A DNA stretch of 64,000 nt from Alphaproteobacteria bacterium (GTDB taxonomy: Bacteria > Pseudomonadota > Alphaproteobacteria > UBA828): NCBI GenBank assembly GCA_965214705.1, contig OZ243972.1, positions 224,001 to 288,000 on the forward strand, written 5' to 3'. Below are positions 1-10,595 of the stretch, one piece after another. The position numbers and the translations under genes were made by a program. Position 1 is the first letter of the stretch. Each line of letters starts with the position of its first letter. The notes beneath the pieces were generated by a model. That model was not told the DNA's origin, searched no databases, and saw only the letters and a list, made by a program, of their open reading frames with translations.

Positions 1-954
1 ACGGACCGCCTGCGTGTAGCCCGCATAGCCGATCATGGCGCCGCTGATGCCGACCCCGATCCGCGCTTCGTTCATCATGTGGAACATGCAGGCGAGGCCC
101 TCGTGGGGGGCGCCGACCAGGTGCGCCTCGCACGCGCCGTTCTCGCCGAAGCTCAGCAGGCAGTTGGAGATCGCGCGGTAGCCCATCTTGTGATTGAGGC
201 CGGCCACGGCGACATCGTTGGGGGCGCCGAGCGTGCCGTCGGCCCTCACGCGGAACTTGGGCACGATGAAGAGCGAGATTCCCTTCACGCCGGGCGGGGC
301 GTCGGGGAGCTTCGCGAGAGCCAGGTGGACGATGTTCTCCGAGATGTCCTGATCGCCGCCGGAAATCCACATCTTGCTGCCGGAGAGCCGGTAGCTGCCA
401 TCGCCGGCGGGCACCGCCCGGCACCTTATGTCGCCCAGCGAGGAGCCCACGTCGGGCTCGGAGAGGCACATCGTGCCCATGAAGCGCCCCGCGTAGAGCG
501 GCTCCATGTAGAGCCGCTTCTGCTCGTCGGTGCCGTGAACGTCGAGCAGATTGGCCGCCGCCTTGGTCAGCATCAGGTAGCCGGCCGTCGCCGTATCGGC
601 CGCCTTCAGGACGCCGAGACACGCCTGCAGGAGAACCGCCGGAAGCTGCATGCCGCCCCGGTCGTAGTCGAGCGCGGCAGCAATGAAGCCCGCATCGGTG
701 ATCGCGGCCACGCTCTCATGAATGGCGGCGGGCACGCGCACCCGGCCGTTCTCCAGCCGGGGCTCGTCCCGGTCCCCGATCGGTGCGTTCGGCCAGAGCA
801 CCTCGTCCGCGATCTGGATCGCCAGATCGAGTGCGGCCTCCAGAGACTCGCGATCGTGGTCGCGGTAGCGCGTGCGCGCACACAGCGCGTCCGCGCCCAG
901 GACCTCGAAGAGTTGAAACCGCAGGTCGCGCGGATTGACGACCGCGCTCTCCAT
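1..954 (-). CDS. Acyl-CoA dehydrogenase (DmdC-like long form), 3' end runs off the window
   Basis: Translated by hand from ATG at 954 (absent from the ORF track): MESAVVNPRDLRFQLFEVL...GTMCLSEPDVGSSL...GSKMWISGGDQDISENIVHL...GVKGISLFIVPK...NHKMG...MFHMMNEARIGVG, standard ACAD motifs. Confidence 0.9.
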   Translation of the reverse strand, partial: MESAVVNPRDLRFQLFEVLGADALCARTRYRDHDRESLEAALDLAIQIADEVLWPNAPIGDRDEPRLENGRVRVPAAIHESVAAITDAGFIAAALDYDRGGMQLPAVLLQACLGVLKAADTATAGYLMLTKAAANLLDVHGTDEQKRLYMEPLYAGRFMGTMCLSEPDVGSSLGDIRCRAVPAGDGSYRLSGSKMWISGGDQDISENIVHLALAKLPDAPPGVKGISLFIVPKFRVRADGTLGAPNDVAVAGLNHKMGYRAISNCLLSFGENGACEAHLVGAPHEGLACMFHMMNEARIGVGISGAMIGYAGYTQAVR

Positions 955-974
955 CCTATCGGCCGACGAGCGGA

Positions 975-2384
975 CTACTTAGGCGTCCAGGTGCCGTCCT
1001 TGACCAGCTCGTCGGTGACGCGATCCAGCGCGCGCTTGAACATCCCGAGCGCCTCGTCCACCTCGGCCTCGGTGATGACCAGGGGCGGGGAGAACGACAC
1101 CGCATCGCTGAGCGGCAGTGCACGGATGATGAGCCCTTCCTCGATGGTGTACTTGCTGAGCGTGGGCCCGACGAGCAGGGCGGGGTCGAAGGACTCCCTG
1201 GTCTCCTTGTCCTTGACCAGCTCGACAGCCGCCAACAGGGCCTCGCCGCGCACCTCGCCGACCAGCGGATGGTCGGCGGCAACCTCGCGCAGCCGCCGCT
1301 GGAAGTAGCTGCCGACCGCGGCGCATTTCGCCGGCAGATCCAGCCGCTCCATGATGTCGATGTTGGCCATGGCCGCAGCCGCCGCCACGGGATGCGCGGA
1401 GTAGGTGTAGCCGTGCGCGAAGTAAGCGACGCCGGGCGCCCCCTCCTTGATGACCTGCCAAATCTCGTCGGAGATGATGCTGCCCGACATGGGCACGTAG
1501 CCGCTCGTCAGCCCCTTGGCGATGGTGATGATGTCGGGCTCGATGTCGTAGGTCTCCGACCCGAACCAGTTGCCGGTGCGGCCGAAGCCGGTGATCACCT
1601 CGTCGGCGATCATCAGCATGTCGTACTTGCGCAGGACCTTCTGGATTTCGGGGAAGTAGCCCTCAGGCGGGATGATCACGCCGCCCGCGCCCATCACCGG
1701 CTCGGCGATGAACGCTGCCACGGTCTCGGGCCCTTCGGCGAGGATCATCTCCTCCAGCTTCTGCGCGCACCACTTGGAGAAGTCGCGCTCGCTCATCCCC
1801 GGCTCGGCGTTGCGCCAGTGGTGCGGGGTCTCGGTATGGAGGACCGTCGGCAGCGGCAGATCGAACGCCGTGTGAATGCTCGGCAGCCCGGTCAGGCTCG
1901 CCGAGGCAACCGTGACGCCGTGATAGGCCCGCTTGCGGGAGATGATCTTCTTCTTCTCGGGCTTGCCGCGCAGGTTATTGTAGTAGTGAACCAATTTGAC
2001 ATTGGTGTCGTTCGCGTCCGAACCCGAATTGCCGAAGAACACCTTGCTCATGTTGCCGGGCACGAGGCGCAGGATGCGGTCCGCCAGGCGGATGGGCGCT
2101 TCCGTCCCCATCGAGAAGAAGCTGTGGTAGTAGGCGAGGTTCTCGGCCTGCTCGGTGATTGCGTCGACCACCTCCCGGTGGCCCCAACCGATGTTGACGC
2201 ACCAGAGGCCGGCCATGCCGTCGATGTACGACTTGCCCGCGGCGTTGGTGAGACGCACGCCGCTGCCCGACTTGATGATATTGGGCCCGTTCTCGAGATG
2301 CGGCTTGAGAGCCGTGTAGGGGTGCAGAAAGCTCTGCTTGTCCATCTCCTCGAGAGAGAGGTTGTGGGCCTGTTCGATGTCCAT
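975..2384 (-). CDS. Class III PLP omega-aminotransferase (SpuC/omega-amino acid:pyruvate type)
   Basis: YIDGMAGLWCVNIG, NSGSDAND, AYHG, FIAEPVMGAGG, LMIADEVITGFGRTG, PLP lysine in IAKGLTSGY, HGYTYSAHP. Confidence 0.92.
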   Translation of the reverse strand: MDIEQAHNLSLEEMDKQSFLHPYTALKPHLENGPNIIKSGSGVRLTNAAGKSYIDGMAGLWCVNIGWGHREVVDAITEQAENLAYYHSFFSMGTEAPIRLADRILRLVPGNMSKVFFGNSGSDANDTNVKLVHYYNNLRGKPEKKKIISRKRAYHGVTVASASLTGLPSIHTAFDLPLPTVLHTETPHHWRNAEPGMSERDFSKWCAQKLEEMILAEGPETVAAFIAEPVMGAGGVIIPPEGYFPEIQKVLRKYDMLMIADEVITGFGRTGNWFGSETYDIEPDIITIAKGLTSGYVPMSGSIISDEIWQVIKEGAPGVAYFAHGYTYSAHPVAAAAAMANIDIMERLDLPAKCAAVGSYFQRRLREVAADHPLVGEVRGEALLAAVELVKDKETRESFDPALLVGPTLSKYTIEEGLIIRALPLSDAVSFSPPLVITEAEVDEALGMFKRALDRVTDELVKDGTWTPK

Positions 2385-2401
2385 GTCCGGTTCTCCCGCC
2401 G

Positions 2402-4153
2402 CTATCGCCCGTCGCTCGGTTGGCCGCCGCTGCAGCCCGTTCCTTCACCCCATACCGCGAACAGCTCGTCCTGAAGCTGCCGCTTGATGACCTTTCCGTT
2501 CGCGTTGACCGGCAGCGGCTCGGTCCGCACCTCGATCGTCGCCGGCACCTTGAACGCGGCAATGCGTGAGCGGCAATGCTCGATCAACGCCGCCTCGCCC
2601 ACCGCCTGCTCGGCCGAGACCTGCACCACTGCCGCGACCTCCTGCCCGAGCACGGGGTGCGGTTTACCGATCACGGCCGCATCCTTGACCGCCGGGTGAC
2701 TACAAAGCGCGTTCTCCACCTCGACGCAATAGACGTTCTCGCCGCCCCTGATCAGCATGTCCTTGGCGCGGTCGAGCAGGAAGAGCAAACCGTCCTCATC
2801 CAGCAGCCCGATATCGCCGGTGTGCAGCCAGCCGTCGCGGAAGGTCTCGGCGCTCGCCTCGGGCTGCTTCCAGTAACCCCTGACGATGTTGGACCCCCGC
2901 ACGCAGACCTCGCCGCGCACGCCTGCGGGCACCGTCACGCCGCTCTCGTCGACGATCTTGATGTCGCAGGTGGGCACGGGAATGCCGGCGCTGTCGGGGT
3001 GGCGGCGATAGCTCTCGCCCGCGTTGTAGCTCACGAGGGAGGAGGCTTCGGTGAGGCCGTAGCCGTTCTCGGCCTCCGCCTGCGGCAACAGCTCCGCAAT
3101 GCGGTCCAGCAGCCTGACCGATGGCGGCGTTCCGCCATAGTTGAGGCCGATCAGCGACGAGGTGTCGTGGTCGGCGAAGCCCGGCGATTCGAGCATCTGC
3201 AGGGCCATGCCCGGCACGCCGGTGAAATGCGTGACGCTCTCGTGCTCGATCAGCGCGAGCGCCCGCTCCGGGTCCCACCGATGCATCAGGACGAGCGTGG
3301 TGCCGCCGAAGACGGCCGGCGCCAGGATCGAGTGACAGCCGGTGACGTGGAAGAACGGCGCTGGAACCAGCACAGTGGGGTGCGGCACCGGCCCGCCGAG
3401 CCACACCGGCGTCACGCCGCGACCGAGCTGCCGCACGGCGCCGCGGTAGGCCACCGTCATGATGTTGGTGCAGATGTTGCGGTGCGTACCGACCGCGCCC
3501 TTGGGCGTCCCCGTGGTGCCGGAGGTATAGAAGATCGTGGCGTCGTCGTCGGGCTCGATCGCCACGTTGGGCAACGAAGGATCGTCGTCTGCGGCGGCGA
3601 GCACGTCGTTCCAGAGTGCAACGCCGTCACTGACTTCAGCCTCCTCGCCGCGCACGACGATCAGGCCCCGCAGGCCGAGGTCCTCCTCGCAAGCAGCGAG
3701 CAGCGCCGCGCGCTTGCCGTCCGCCACCACCACCAGCGAACCGGAATCGGTCACGCAGTAGGCGAGCTCGCGTGCGGTGAACCAGGCGTTGAGGGGCACC
3801 ACGATGGCGCCGATGCCGGTGATGGCCCAGAACGCGACGGACCATTCCGTCAGGTTGCGCATCGCGATCGCGACCCGGTCGCCCTTGCGGATGCCGTAGC
3901 GCGTGCGCAGCGCCTGCGCCAACCGGCACGCCTGGCGATGGTGGTCGGCGTAGCTCAGGCGCTCCCCGTCGAGCACGAGACACGCTCTCTCGCCAAACTC
4001 AGCCGATGCGGCGAGGACAGTGCCAAGCGTAGGCGGCGCGTTCTTCCACGCGCGGACCGTGACGCCCCGGACCTCGATCTCTTCAAGCTCGAAGGGGAGC
4101 CCGGCGCCCACGAGGCGCTCGTGGGCCTCCACCCGGCTCAAACGACGGCCCAT
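2402..4153 (-). CDS. Long-chain acyl-CoA synthetase (AMP-forming)
   Basis: YTSGTTGTPKG, GYGLTE, WLHTGDIG, DRAKDMLIRGGENVY, NANGKV motifs. Confidence 0.92.
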   Translation of the reverse strand: MGRRLSRVEAHERLVGAGLPFELEEIEVRGVTVRAWKNAPPTLGTVLAASAEFGERACLVLDGERLSYADHHRQACRLAQALRTRYGIRKGDRVAIAMRNLTEWSVAFWAITGIGAIVVPLNAWFTARELAYCVTDSGSLVVVADGKRAALLAACEEDLGLRGLIVVRGEEAEVSDGVALWNDVLAAADDDPSLPNVAIEPDDDATIFYTSGTTGTPKGAVGTHRNICTNIMTVAYRGAVRQLGRGVTPVWLGGPVPHPTVLVPAPFFHVTGCHSILAPAVFGGTTLVLMHRWDPERALALIEHESVTHFTGVPGMALQMLESPGFADHDTSSLIGLNYGGTPPSVRLLDRIAELLPQAEAENGYGLTEASSLVSYNAGESYRRHPDSAGIPVPTCDIKIVDESGVTVPAGVRGEVCVRGSNIVRGYWKQPEASAETFRDGWLHTGDIGLLDEDGLLFLLDRAKDMLIRGGENVYCVEVENALCSHPAVKDAAVIGKPHPVLGQEVAAVVQVSAEQAVGEAALIEHCRSRIAAFKVPATIEVRTEPLPVNANGKVIKRQLQDELFAVWGEGTGCSGGQPSDGR

Positions 4154-4156
4154 GGA

Positions 4157-4927
4157 CTAGGCGGACCCTCCGTGCGCCGCGCGCAGCTTGCGCATCCCCC
4201 GGAGCCAGCGCTCGCGATCCGTGGCCTTGCGCTGCACGTAGCCCTGCACCTCGGAATGGGGAAGGATCAGAAACTCCTCCCGCTCCATCGCCTCAATCAC
4301 GCTGTCGGCCACCTGTTCCGGCTCCAGCACGCCGTCGAGGCTGGCGACGCCTTCGTCCCGGCCCGTGAGCATCGCGGTGCGGACCGCCTGCGGGCAGAGC
4401 ACCGAGACCCGCACTCCCTGGTCGCCGTAGGCGATGGAGAGCCATTCGGCGAAGGCCACGGCGGCATGCTTGGTCACCGAATAGGTCGCGGATTCCACGT
4501 GGCTGAGGAGCCCTGCGGCCGAGGCCGTATTGACAAGGTAGCCGCTGCCGCGCGCGGCCATCTTGGGCGCCACCGCCCGCGCCGCGTAGACGTGCGCCAT
4601 CACGTGGATGTCCCAGTTCTGCCGCCACTCCTCATCCGGCGCATCGACGCCGCCCATGCGCGCGATCCCGGCGTTGGAGACGAACACGTCGATGGGGCCG
4701 AAGGCATCCTCCGCAGCGGCAACGAGGCGCTTGATGTCGGTCTCGTCCGCCACATCGCAGGGCACCGCCAGAGCGTCGATCTCGCCGGAGGCCTTCAACA
4801 GGGCGTCCTCCTGCAGGTCCGCCAGCGCGATGCCTCGCGCGCCCTCCGCCCTGAAGCGACGCGCGAGCGCGAGCCCGATCCCGCTCGCGCCGCCAGTGAC
4901 GACGACGGACTTGTCCGCGATCTTCAA
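4157..4927 (-). CDS. Short-chain dehydrogenase/reductase
   Basis: TGGASGIG, SNAGI, YSVTK; start trimmed to TTG at 4927 because the longer ORF overlaps the upstream gene. Confidence 0.88.
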   Translation of the reverse strand: MKIADKSVVVTGGASGIGLALARRFRAEGARGIALADLQEDALLKASGEIDALAVPCDVADETDIKRLVAAAEDAFGPIDVFVSNAGIARMGGVDAPDEEWRQNWDIHVMAHVYAARAVAPKMAARGSGYLVNTASAAGLLSHVESATYSVTKHAAVAFAEWLSIAYGDQGVRVSVLCPQAVRTAMLTGRDEGVASLDGVLEPEQVADSVIEAMEREEFLILPHSEVQGYVQRKATDRERWLRGMRKLRAAHGGSA

Positions 4928-4946
4928 CGGAAGCTCGCCTCGGGCA

Positions 4947-5345
4947 CTAATACGTGAGGAAGCGGGTCGGCGTGAGCTCCAGCAGGACCCAGTCGTCCCT
5001 CGCCGACCACTCGGCGATGGCTTCCTCCCGCCGCGGGCTCTCGTAGTAGCGCTTGGTGAGCTCGAGTCCGAACTCCTTGCCGCCCTCGTCGAATATCTCG
5101 ATCGTTCCTTCCACCGTGACCCACGCCTCGGGCGCGCCGACCGGGTCGGCCACAGTGAGGCAGGCACGTGGATCGCGCCGCAGCCGCTTCACCTTGCCGG
5201 TGTCCAGCATCGAGAACATGCGGGCCTTCTCGCCGTCCCACTCGTACCAGAGCGGGAGCGCGTTGGGAGAGCCGTCCTCGTTCAGCGTGCAGAGGGTGGC
5301 AATGCGGGTCTCGCGCAGAAACGCGTCCCGTTCCGCGTCGGTCAT
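4947..5345 (-). CDS. Pyridoxamine 5'-phosphate oxidase-like split-barrel protein (PPOX class, flavin/F420-binding)
   Basis: 132 aa; ATLCTLNEDGSPNALPLWY...KVKRLRRDPRACLTV...VTVEG pattern. Confidence 0.82.
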   Translation of the reverse strand: MTDAERDAFLRETRIATLCTLNEDGSPNALPLWYEWDGEKARMFSMLDTGKVKRLRRDPRACLTVADPVGAPEAWVTVEGTIEIFDEGGKEFGLELTKRYYESPRREEAIAEWSARDDWVLLELTPTRFLTY

Positions 5346-5370
5346 GTTCCTGGAATCTCCGCTTTGTCGG

Positions 5371-7323
5371 CTACTGCGGGTCGATCAGATAGTCGTCGCC
5401 CTGACGCAAGTTGCGCTGCACCCAGTCGCCCGCGTCGGGGCGATCGGGCCTGACGACGTCGATCGGACCCCGCGTCGCGCGCATCCTTGCGCGCAGCGAA
5501 TCGGTTGCTGCCAGATCGACCGTCATGGTCGCGCGGTCGATTGCGACACCGTAAACGTCCTCGGCACTCTCGAGCGAGATCATGCCGTCGAGGACGCTCT
5601 CCAGCACGGCTTGGGGATCGCGATCCAATGGATCGCCTCGCCCCCCGCCGCCGGTGGAAAGGCCCACCCAGACTTCGTCCTCCCCGATGACCATGTTTCC
5701 CTTGGCGGAGCAGAAGGTGCGCTTGCCGGTGGAGAGGTTCTCCTTGTAGTTGCCGCCGCCGATGCCGGGCGTCCCGCCGACCGTGCCGTAGGGCGGGTTC
5801 ATGTTGCCGTCACCGAATATGTTGCAGTCCATCACCCCGCTCATCGGGCGAATTCGGATATCGACGCCGGGGCCGCCAATGTCCTCCCCGTGGCCCATCG
5901 AATCGACGGCGATCTCCTGCTTGTCGAAGTGCATCGGATAGAGCATCTCGCTCACCTCGACGCTGATGATCTTCTGTCCGCCAAGGGCCGCGGGCGAGAG
6001 CATGATGGGCCAGCCGTCGGTGCCGACCCCGGCGCCCCCGCCGGGCGAGGCATTGAACACCATGCTGCCCCACTCCTTGGACTCGCCGTTGCGCTGGTCG
6101 GTGCCCGAGAACATGGGCACGCAATGAATGGCGGGCATGCCGCCGGTGGCGCGCTCCGGCATGGCCCTGGCCAACGCCTTCCACACCGCGATCTGCATGG
6201 TGTCGCCGGGGCAGATCGTTGCCAGCGCAGTCGAGGACGGGTGGTTGGCGTTGCAGACCGTGCCTGCCGGTGCCTCCGCCGTGATGTGCCTGAGACAGCC
6301 GTCATTGTGCGGAATGGTGGGGTCGATCATGCACATGATCGGGATGCCGGCCGCCGCCTGCATCACGCCCTGAGTGCTGTTGTTGGAGCCGGGCGTCTGC
6401 GGCGCGGAGCCTGTGAAATCCACGTGCGCCCTGTCGCCCTTGATCGTGACCTTGGCGTGAATCGGGATGTTCGTGCCGCCCTGGCCGTCGGTGTCGAGCC
6501 AGGCATCGCCGTGATACTCGCCGTCGGGCATGTCGCGGATCTCCGCCGCCATGCGCTGGTCCGAATACTCGAAGATCGCGTCGATATAGCCCTCCAGCTC
6601 GTCCTTGCCGTAGCGCTCCAGCATTTCGAGTATGCGCCGCCGGCCAGTCCAGATGGATCCGAGCTGCGCCATCAGGTCTCCGTAGAGCCAGTCCTTCCAG
6701 CGCACGTTGGCGAGGTACATGCGGATGATGTCCTCGCAGGGCTTTCCCTTCTTGTAGAACTTGATCGGCGGGAGCTGCAGGCCCTCCTGCCACACGTCTT
6801 TCGCCGCGGCCGGGACGCTGGTCGGCATGAAGGCGCCGCAATCGAGCTGATGGCCCTTGGTCACGCTCCAGAACAGGTGCTCGCCCTTGTAGAAGACGGG
6901 GCACGCGGTCACGAAGTCGCCCACGTGGGTGTTGCCGCTGTAGGGGTCGTTGCAGACGATCACATCGCCGTCGTGGATGTCGCCGTCGAAGACGCGCGCG
7001 ATCTCTTTCAGCACAACGTGCATGGAGTTCGTGTGGATCGGCAGCGCGTCCATCATGCAGACTTGCCGGTCCTTGCGGTCGTAGATCGCGCACGAGAAGT
7101 CGTGCGAGAGCGCGATGATCGAGGTCCACGCCGTCCGCTCCATGACGAGCGTCATCTCGTTGGCGATCGTATTGAAGCGGTTGAGGATGACCGAGAAGGT
7201 GATCGGATCGATATCGGCGCGCCCGTTCGTCTTTCGGCTCCGGGCCTTGGGGCGCGCGGTGCGCGCCGTGCGACCGAGGGCCGCCGGGCGGCTCTTGCCA
7301 TTGGTCTTCTTCGATCGTGCCAT
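5371..7323 (-). CDS. Hydantoinase B/oxoprolinase family subunit (copy 1, no adjacent A subunit)
   Basis: DPITFSVI, DFSCAIYD, NDPYSGNTHVGD, GHQLDCG, QEGLQLPP, GGGGRGDPLDRDP; start at MARSKK after a GGAGG-like RBS. Confidence 0.9.
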   Translation of the reverse strand: MARSKKTNGKSRPAALGRTARTARPKARSRKTNGRADIDPITFSVILNRFNTIANEMTLVMERTAWTSIIALSHDFSCAIYDRKDRQVCMMDALPIHTNSMHVVLKEIARVFDGDIHDGDVIVCNDPYSGNTHVGDFVTACPVFYKGEHLFWSVTKGHQLDCGAFMPTSVPAAAKDVWQEGLQLPPIKFYKKGKPCEDIIRMYLANVRWKDWLYGDLMAQLGSIWTGRRRILEMLERYGKDELEGYIDAIFEYSDQRMAAEIRDMPDGEYHGDAWLDTDGQGGTNIPIHAKVTIKGDRAHVDFTGSAPQTPGSNNSTQGVMQAAAGIPIMCMIDPTIPHNDGCLRHITAEAPAGTVCNANHPSSTALATICPGDTMQIAVWKALARAMPERATGGMPAIHCVPMFSGTDQRNGESKEWGSMVFNASPGGGAGVGTDGWPIMLSPAALGGQKIISVEVSEMLYPMHFDKQEIAVDSMGHGEDIGGPGVDIRIRPMSGVMDCNIFGDGNMNPPYGTVGGTPGIGGGNYKENLSTGKRTFCSAKGNMVIGEDEVWVGLSTGGGGRGDPLDRDPQAVLESVLDGMISLESAEDVYGVAIDRATMTVDLAATDSLRARMRATRGPIDVVRPDRPDAGDWVQRNLRQGDDYLIDPQ

Positions 7324-7352
7324 TCGCTTTCCTCCCGCCTCGTGCGGCATCG

Positions 7353-7691
7353 CTAGGTCTTGGCCGGCGTGAACACCGCGATCACGTCATTGGGTCCCTC
7401 GATCACCTTGTAGCCGTAGGAGGCTCCGCGCGGGACGTAGAAGGCGGTTCCCTTGCCCACCGTCTGCGTTTCGCCGTCGATGGTCAACTCCGCGGTGCCG
7501 CTCAGGACATAGACGATCTCGTCATAGTCGGCATAGACGCAGTCCGGGTCTTCCATACCTTCCTTCAGGGTCGAGACGTTGAGCGACATTTCTTCCGACC
7601 CGTGCGCGCGGCGGACGAGGCGACGGCTGATGACGGTCTCGTCCTCGTAAACCTCCGCGTCGCCCAAACTCATGACCTTGATGCCGCTCAT
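7353..7691 (-). CDS. Small cupin-domain protein
   Basis: DEIVYVLSGTAELTIDGETQTVGKGTAFYVPRG cupin motif; start MSGIKV with GGAG upstream. Confidence 0.8.
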   Translation of the reverse strand: MSGIKVMSLGDAEVYEDETVISRRLVRRAHGSEEMSLNVSTLKEGMEDPDCVYADYDEIVYVLSGTAELTIDGETQTVGKGTAFYVPRGASYGYKVIEGPNDVIAVFTPAKT

Positions 7692-7746
7692 CGGCTCCCT
7701 CCCAACCTCGACAATTGTTCGCAAATCCGGTGGCCGCGCGCTCCGC

Positions 7747-8508
7747 TCAGGCCGGCCTGTTGCCGCGCCCACCGTCAACATCGTAGATCGCCGCGGTGAC
7801 GTATGAGGCCTCGTCCGAGCAGAGCCACAGTACCATGGTGGCGATTTCCTCGGGCTGGCCGATGCGCTTGAGCATGGAGCCGGTCTTGCCGAGCGCGATC
7901 GCAGCCTCGGGTCCGATGGAACGCTCCCAGATGTCGGTGAGGATGAGGCCGGGGCGCACGCAGTTCACCCGGATGCCGTGCTCGGCATATTCGTGGGCCA
8001 AGCCCTTGGTAAAGGAATCCACGGCACCCTTGGACGACGCGTAGGGAACATCGCTGGGCAGACCGCCATAGCGGGCCGAGATGGAGCCCACGTTCACGAT
8101 GGAGCCGCCCTTGCCGCCGTTCTTGGTCGACATGCGCGTGACGGCCTCGCGCGCGATGACGAAGAGGCCGAAGACGTTGATGGCGAAGACGCGCTCCAGT
8201 CCCTCCAACGTCATGTCGGGGATCAACGTCTCGTAGTCGATCGCGGCGTTGTTGACGATGGCGGAGACCGGCCCGAGCTCGTTGTCGACCGATTCCAGCA
8301 TCCGCAGGATGTCGTCTTCCTTGCCCATGTCGGCCTGGACGGCGATGGCGCGTTGGCCGGCCTTCTCGATATCGGCCGCGACCTCCTCCGCCCGATCCTT
8401 GGCCTGGGCGTAGTTGACGGCGACATCGTAGCCCTTGGTGCCGGCGAGCCGCGCAATGGCGGCGCCGATCCCGCGGCTGCCGCCCGTAACGATCATGACC
8501 TTGGACAT
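7747..8508 (-). CDS. Short-chain dehydrogenase/reductase
   Basis: TGGSRGIG, NNAA, YASSK, RVNCVRPG. Confidence 0.9.
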   Translation of the reverse strand: MSKVMIVTGGSRGIGAAIARLAGTKGYDVAVNYAQAKDRAEEVAADIEKAGQRAIAVQADMGKEDDILRMLESVDNELGPVSAIVNNAAIDYETLIPDMTLEGLERVFAINVFGLFVIAREAVTRMSTKNGGKGGSIVNVGSISARYGGLPSDVPYASSKGAVDSFTKGLAHEYAEHGIRVNCVRPGLILTDIWERSIGPEAAIALGKTGSMLKRIGQPEEIATMVLWLCSDEASYVTAAIYDVDGGRGNRPA

Positions 8509-8522
8509 ACCCCTCCCCCGAA

Positions 8523-9158
8523 CTATTCGGCTTTCGCCGCGAGATGCTTCACGCACAGACTGACGCGCGCCGCGACATCGGGCGCGGTCCCCTCGGGCAC
8601 CAGCGCCTTCTCATGGACCACATCGAGCAATTGCCTGTCAATCCAGCTCGCCTCGGTCGCGAAGCCGCGCCCCTCATAGATGCTCGCTGGCTGGCCGCCC
8701 ATGAAGCCCATCACCGCCCGGTGCGAGGGCGTCGCCTTCGCCGTTACCGCCGCGAAGCCCGCGCCGACGGCCCAATCGAGCAGATAATCCAAAAGTGCCA
8801 CGCCGAGGCCCCGGCCCTGGTAGCGCGCATCCCGGTGCTCCGAATCGTCGAGCTGGCCCACGTGATAACAGAAGATCGAGAGGCTGTTGTCCGGCAGTGC
8901 GGGCGCGGCGTCGCCGAACTCACCCCAGTAGAGCGGGTCCCACAGGCCGTTCGGCGAGTGGCACGCACGGTCGTAGCGACGGAACTGGAGCTGCGCCACA
9001 TGCTGGGCGCCGTCGAAGGCGAGGACGGCGGCGGAGCCTACGTCGGCGATCCGCGCCCCGAGCGCCGCTTCGTCGCCCTGGCAGCCGATCGGCACCCGCC
9101 CAATATCGTCTGCCGTCATGAGGCGGAAGCTGAATTCGCTCTCTGTGCCCCGGCTCAT
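8523..9158 (-). CDS. GNAT-fold acetyltransferase-like protein
   Basis: Acetyl-CoA motif A YQGRGLGVALL and C-terminal IYEGRGF; start uncertain (9158 or 9191). Confidence 0.6.
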   Translation of the reverse strand: MSRGTESEFSFRLMTADDIGRVPIGCQGDEAALGARIADVGSAAVLAFDGAQHVAQLQFRRYDRACHSPNGLWDPLYWGEFGDAAPALPDNSLSIFCYHVGQLDDSEHRDARYQGRGLGVALLDYLLDWAVGAGFAAVTAKATPSHRAVMGFMGGQPASIYEGRGFATEASWIDRQLLDVVHEKALVPEGTAPDVAARVSLCVKHLAAKAE

Positions 9159-9284
9159 CCCCTCCCCCATCGTCCAATTTGTCCATCTCATGAACGCGCC
9201 GCCGGTTCAACCGCCGTCGATTGACGGGGCTCGGCAATGTCTCTAAAAGCGATGGCGGTTCTGACACGTAGGGAGATGGGAACT

Positions 9285-10574
9285 ATGAGGAACACTAGGG
9301 GCATTCCCAGGCTAGCATTGTCGGCAGTTGCCGGTGCGGCCGCTTTGGGCATGGCCGTAACAGCCACCACCGAAACGGCATCGGCACAGGAGACGCTCCA
9401 AGTCGGTGCGATCCAGCCGCAGGCCGGCGATTGCGGGCAATGGGGGATTCCCATCACCCGTGGCATGCAGATCTGGGCGGATCAGCTCAACGCCGAGGGC
9501 GGTCTGCTCGCCGGCGACGGCAAGCGCTACATGATCGAGATCAAGGCGTACGACAACGTCTGTTACATCCCGGGCGAGGAGCTGAAGGCCGGCCGTCGCG
9601 CCATCCTGGACGACGGCATCAAGTTCATGCTGCAGACCTTCACACCGGGCAGCAGGCAGGCGATCGCCCAGATGACCACCGACCACCACGTGCTCACCAC
9701 GTCCTACGGTGCGGGCTATCTGAGCAAGGATCATCCGTACCTCATCGGCGGCATCACCGGCTCGCCGGCGGCCTACATGCTGGTCGCGAGCCGCGCGCTC
9801 ACCGCCAACCCGGACGTGAAGCGGGTCGCCATCATCACGGCGGACGCGTCCTACGGTCTCGCGGCCAAGGCCTATTTCGAGGCCGGCGTCGCGGCGCACC
9901 CGGACCAGGCGGAGATCGTCTACAACGAGAGCTATTCGCCTGACGCGACCAAGGACATGCTCGGCCTGCTGACGCCGCTGATGGCGTCCGAGCCGGACAT
10001 GATCTGTCAGCTGGGCTTCGTGCCGGCGCAGCTCGCGATCATGGTCGAGACCGTCGAGCAGCTCGGCTTCAAGGGCGTCTACTGCGCCGAAGGCTTCACC
10101 ATGCCGATCATCCTGAAGCGGGTGCCCGCCGAGGTGCTCGCCGGGCGGATGTACTTCGGCTACGCCTTCGAAGCCTCCGAGGCGTCCTTCAGCCCCAAGG
10201 GCCACGAGCTCTACACCACTTACGTGGAGCAGTTCGGCGAAGACCAATGGTCCCCCTACACCCCGATCGGCTATGCCGCGATCGGCACGATCGAGGCCGG
10301 CATCAGGATGTCGCCCAGCATCGACTCCGAGGTCGTGATGAAGACCCTGCTCGGCGCGGAGGTCGTCGATCACCCGATTTTCGGTCCCTCCAGGTGGGGC
10401 GGTGAGGAGATCTACGGCGCCAACAACCACCTGCTGACGCCGCTGCCGATCTACAACCTCGGTGCGGACGGCAACCTGGTGCTCGACCATCTCCTCGACC
10501 ACGCCGCGTGGTGGGAGCAGCACATGGCCGTTGCCCTGCCCGTGCTCGAGGCAGGCGGTCAAGTATTCAGATAG
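9285..10574 (+). CDS. ABC transporter substrate-binding protein (Liv/HAAT family)
   Basis: Signal peptide ending ASA-Q, type I periplasmic-binding pattern (VGAIQPQAG...QLNAEGG), first gene of a livHMGF-type operon. Confidence 0.85.
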   Translation: MRNTRGIPRLALSAVAGAAALGMAVTATTETASAQETLQVGAIQPQAGDCGQWGIPITRGMQIWADQLNAEGGLLAGDGKRYMIEIKAYDNVCYIPGEELKAGRRAILDDGIKFMLQTFTPGSRQAIAQMTTDHHVLTTSYGAGYLSKDHPYLIGGITGSPAAYMLVASRALTANPDVKRVAIITADASYGLAAKAYFEAGVAAHPDQAEIVYNESYSPDATKDMLGLLTPLMASEPDMICQLGFVPAQLAIMVETVEQLGFKGVYCAEGFTMPIILKRVPAEVLAGRMYFGYAFEASEASFSPKGHELYTTYVEQFGEDQWSPYTPIGYAAIGTIEAGIRMSPSIDSEVVMKTLLGAEVVDHPIFGPSRWGGEEIYGANNHLLTPLPIYNLGADGNLVLDHLLDHAAWWEQHMAVALPVLEAGGQVFR

Positions 10575-10595
10575 GCCGCTCAAACGGCTGGTTTT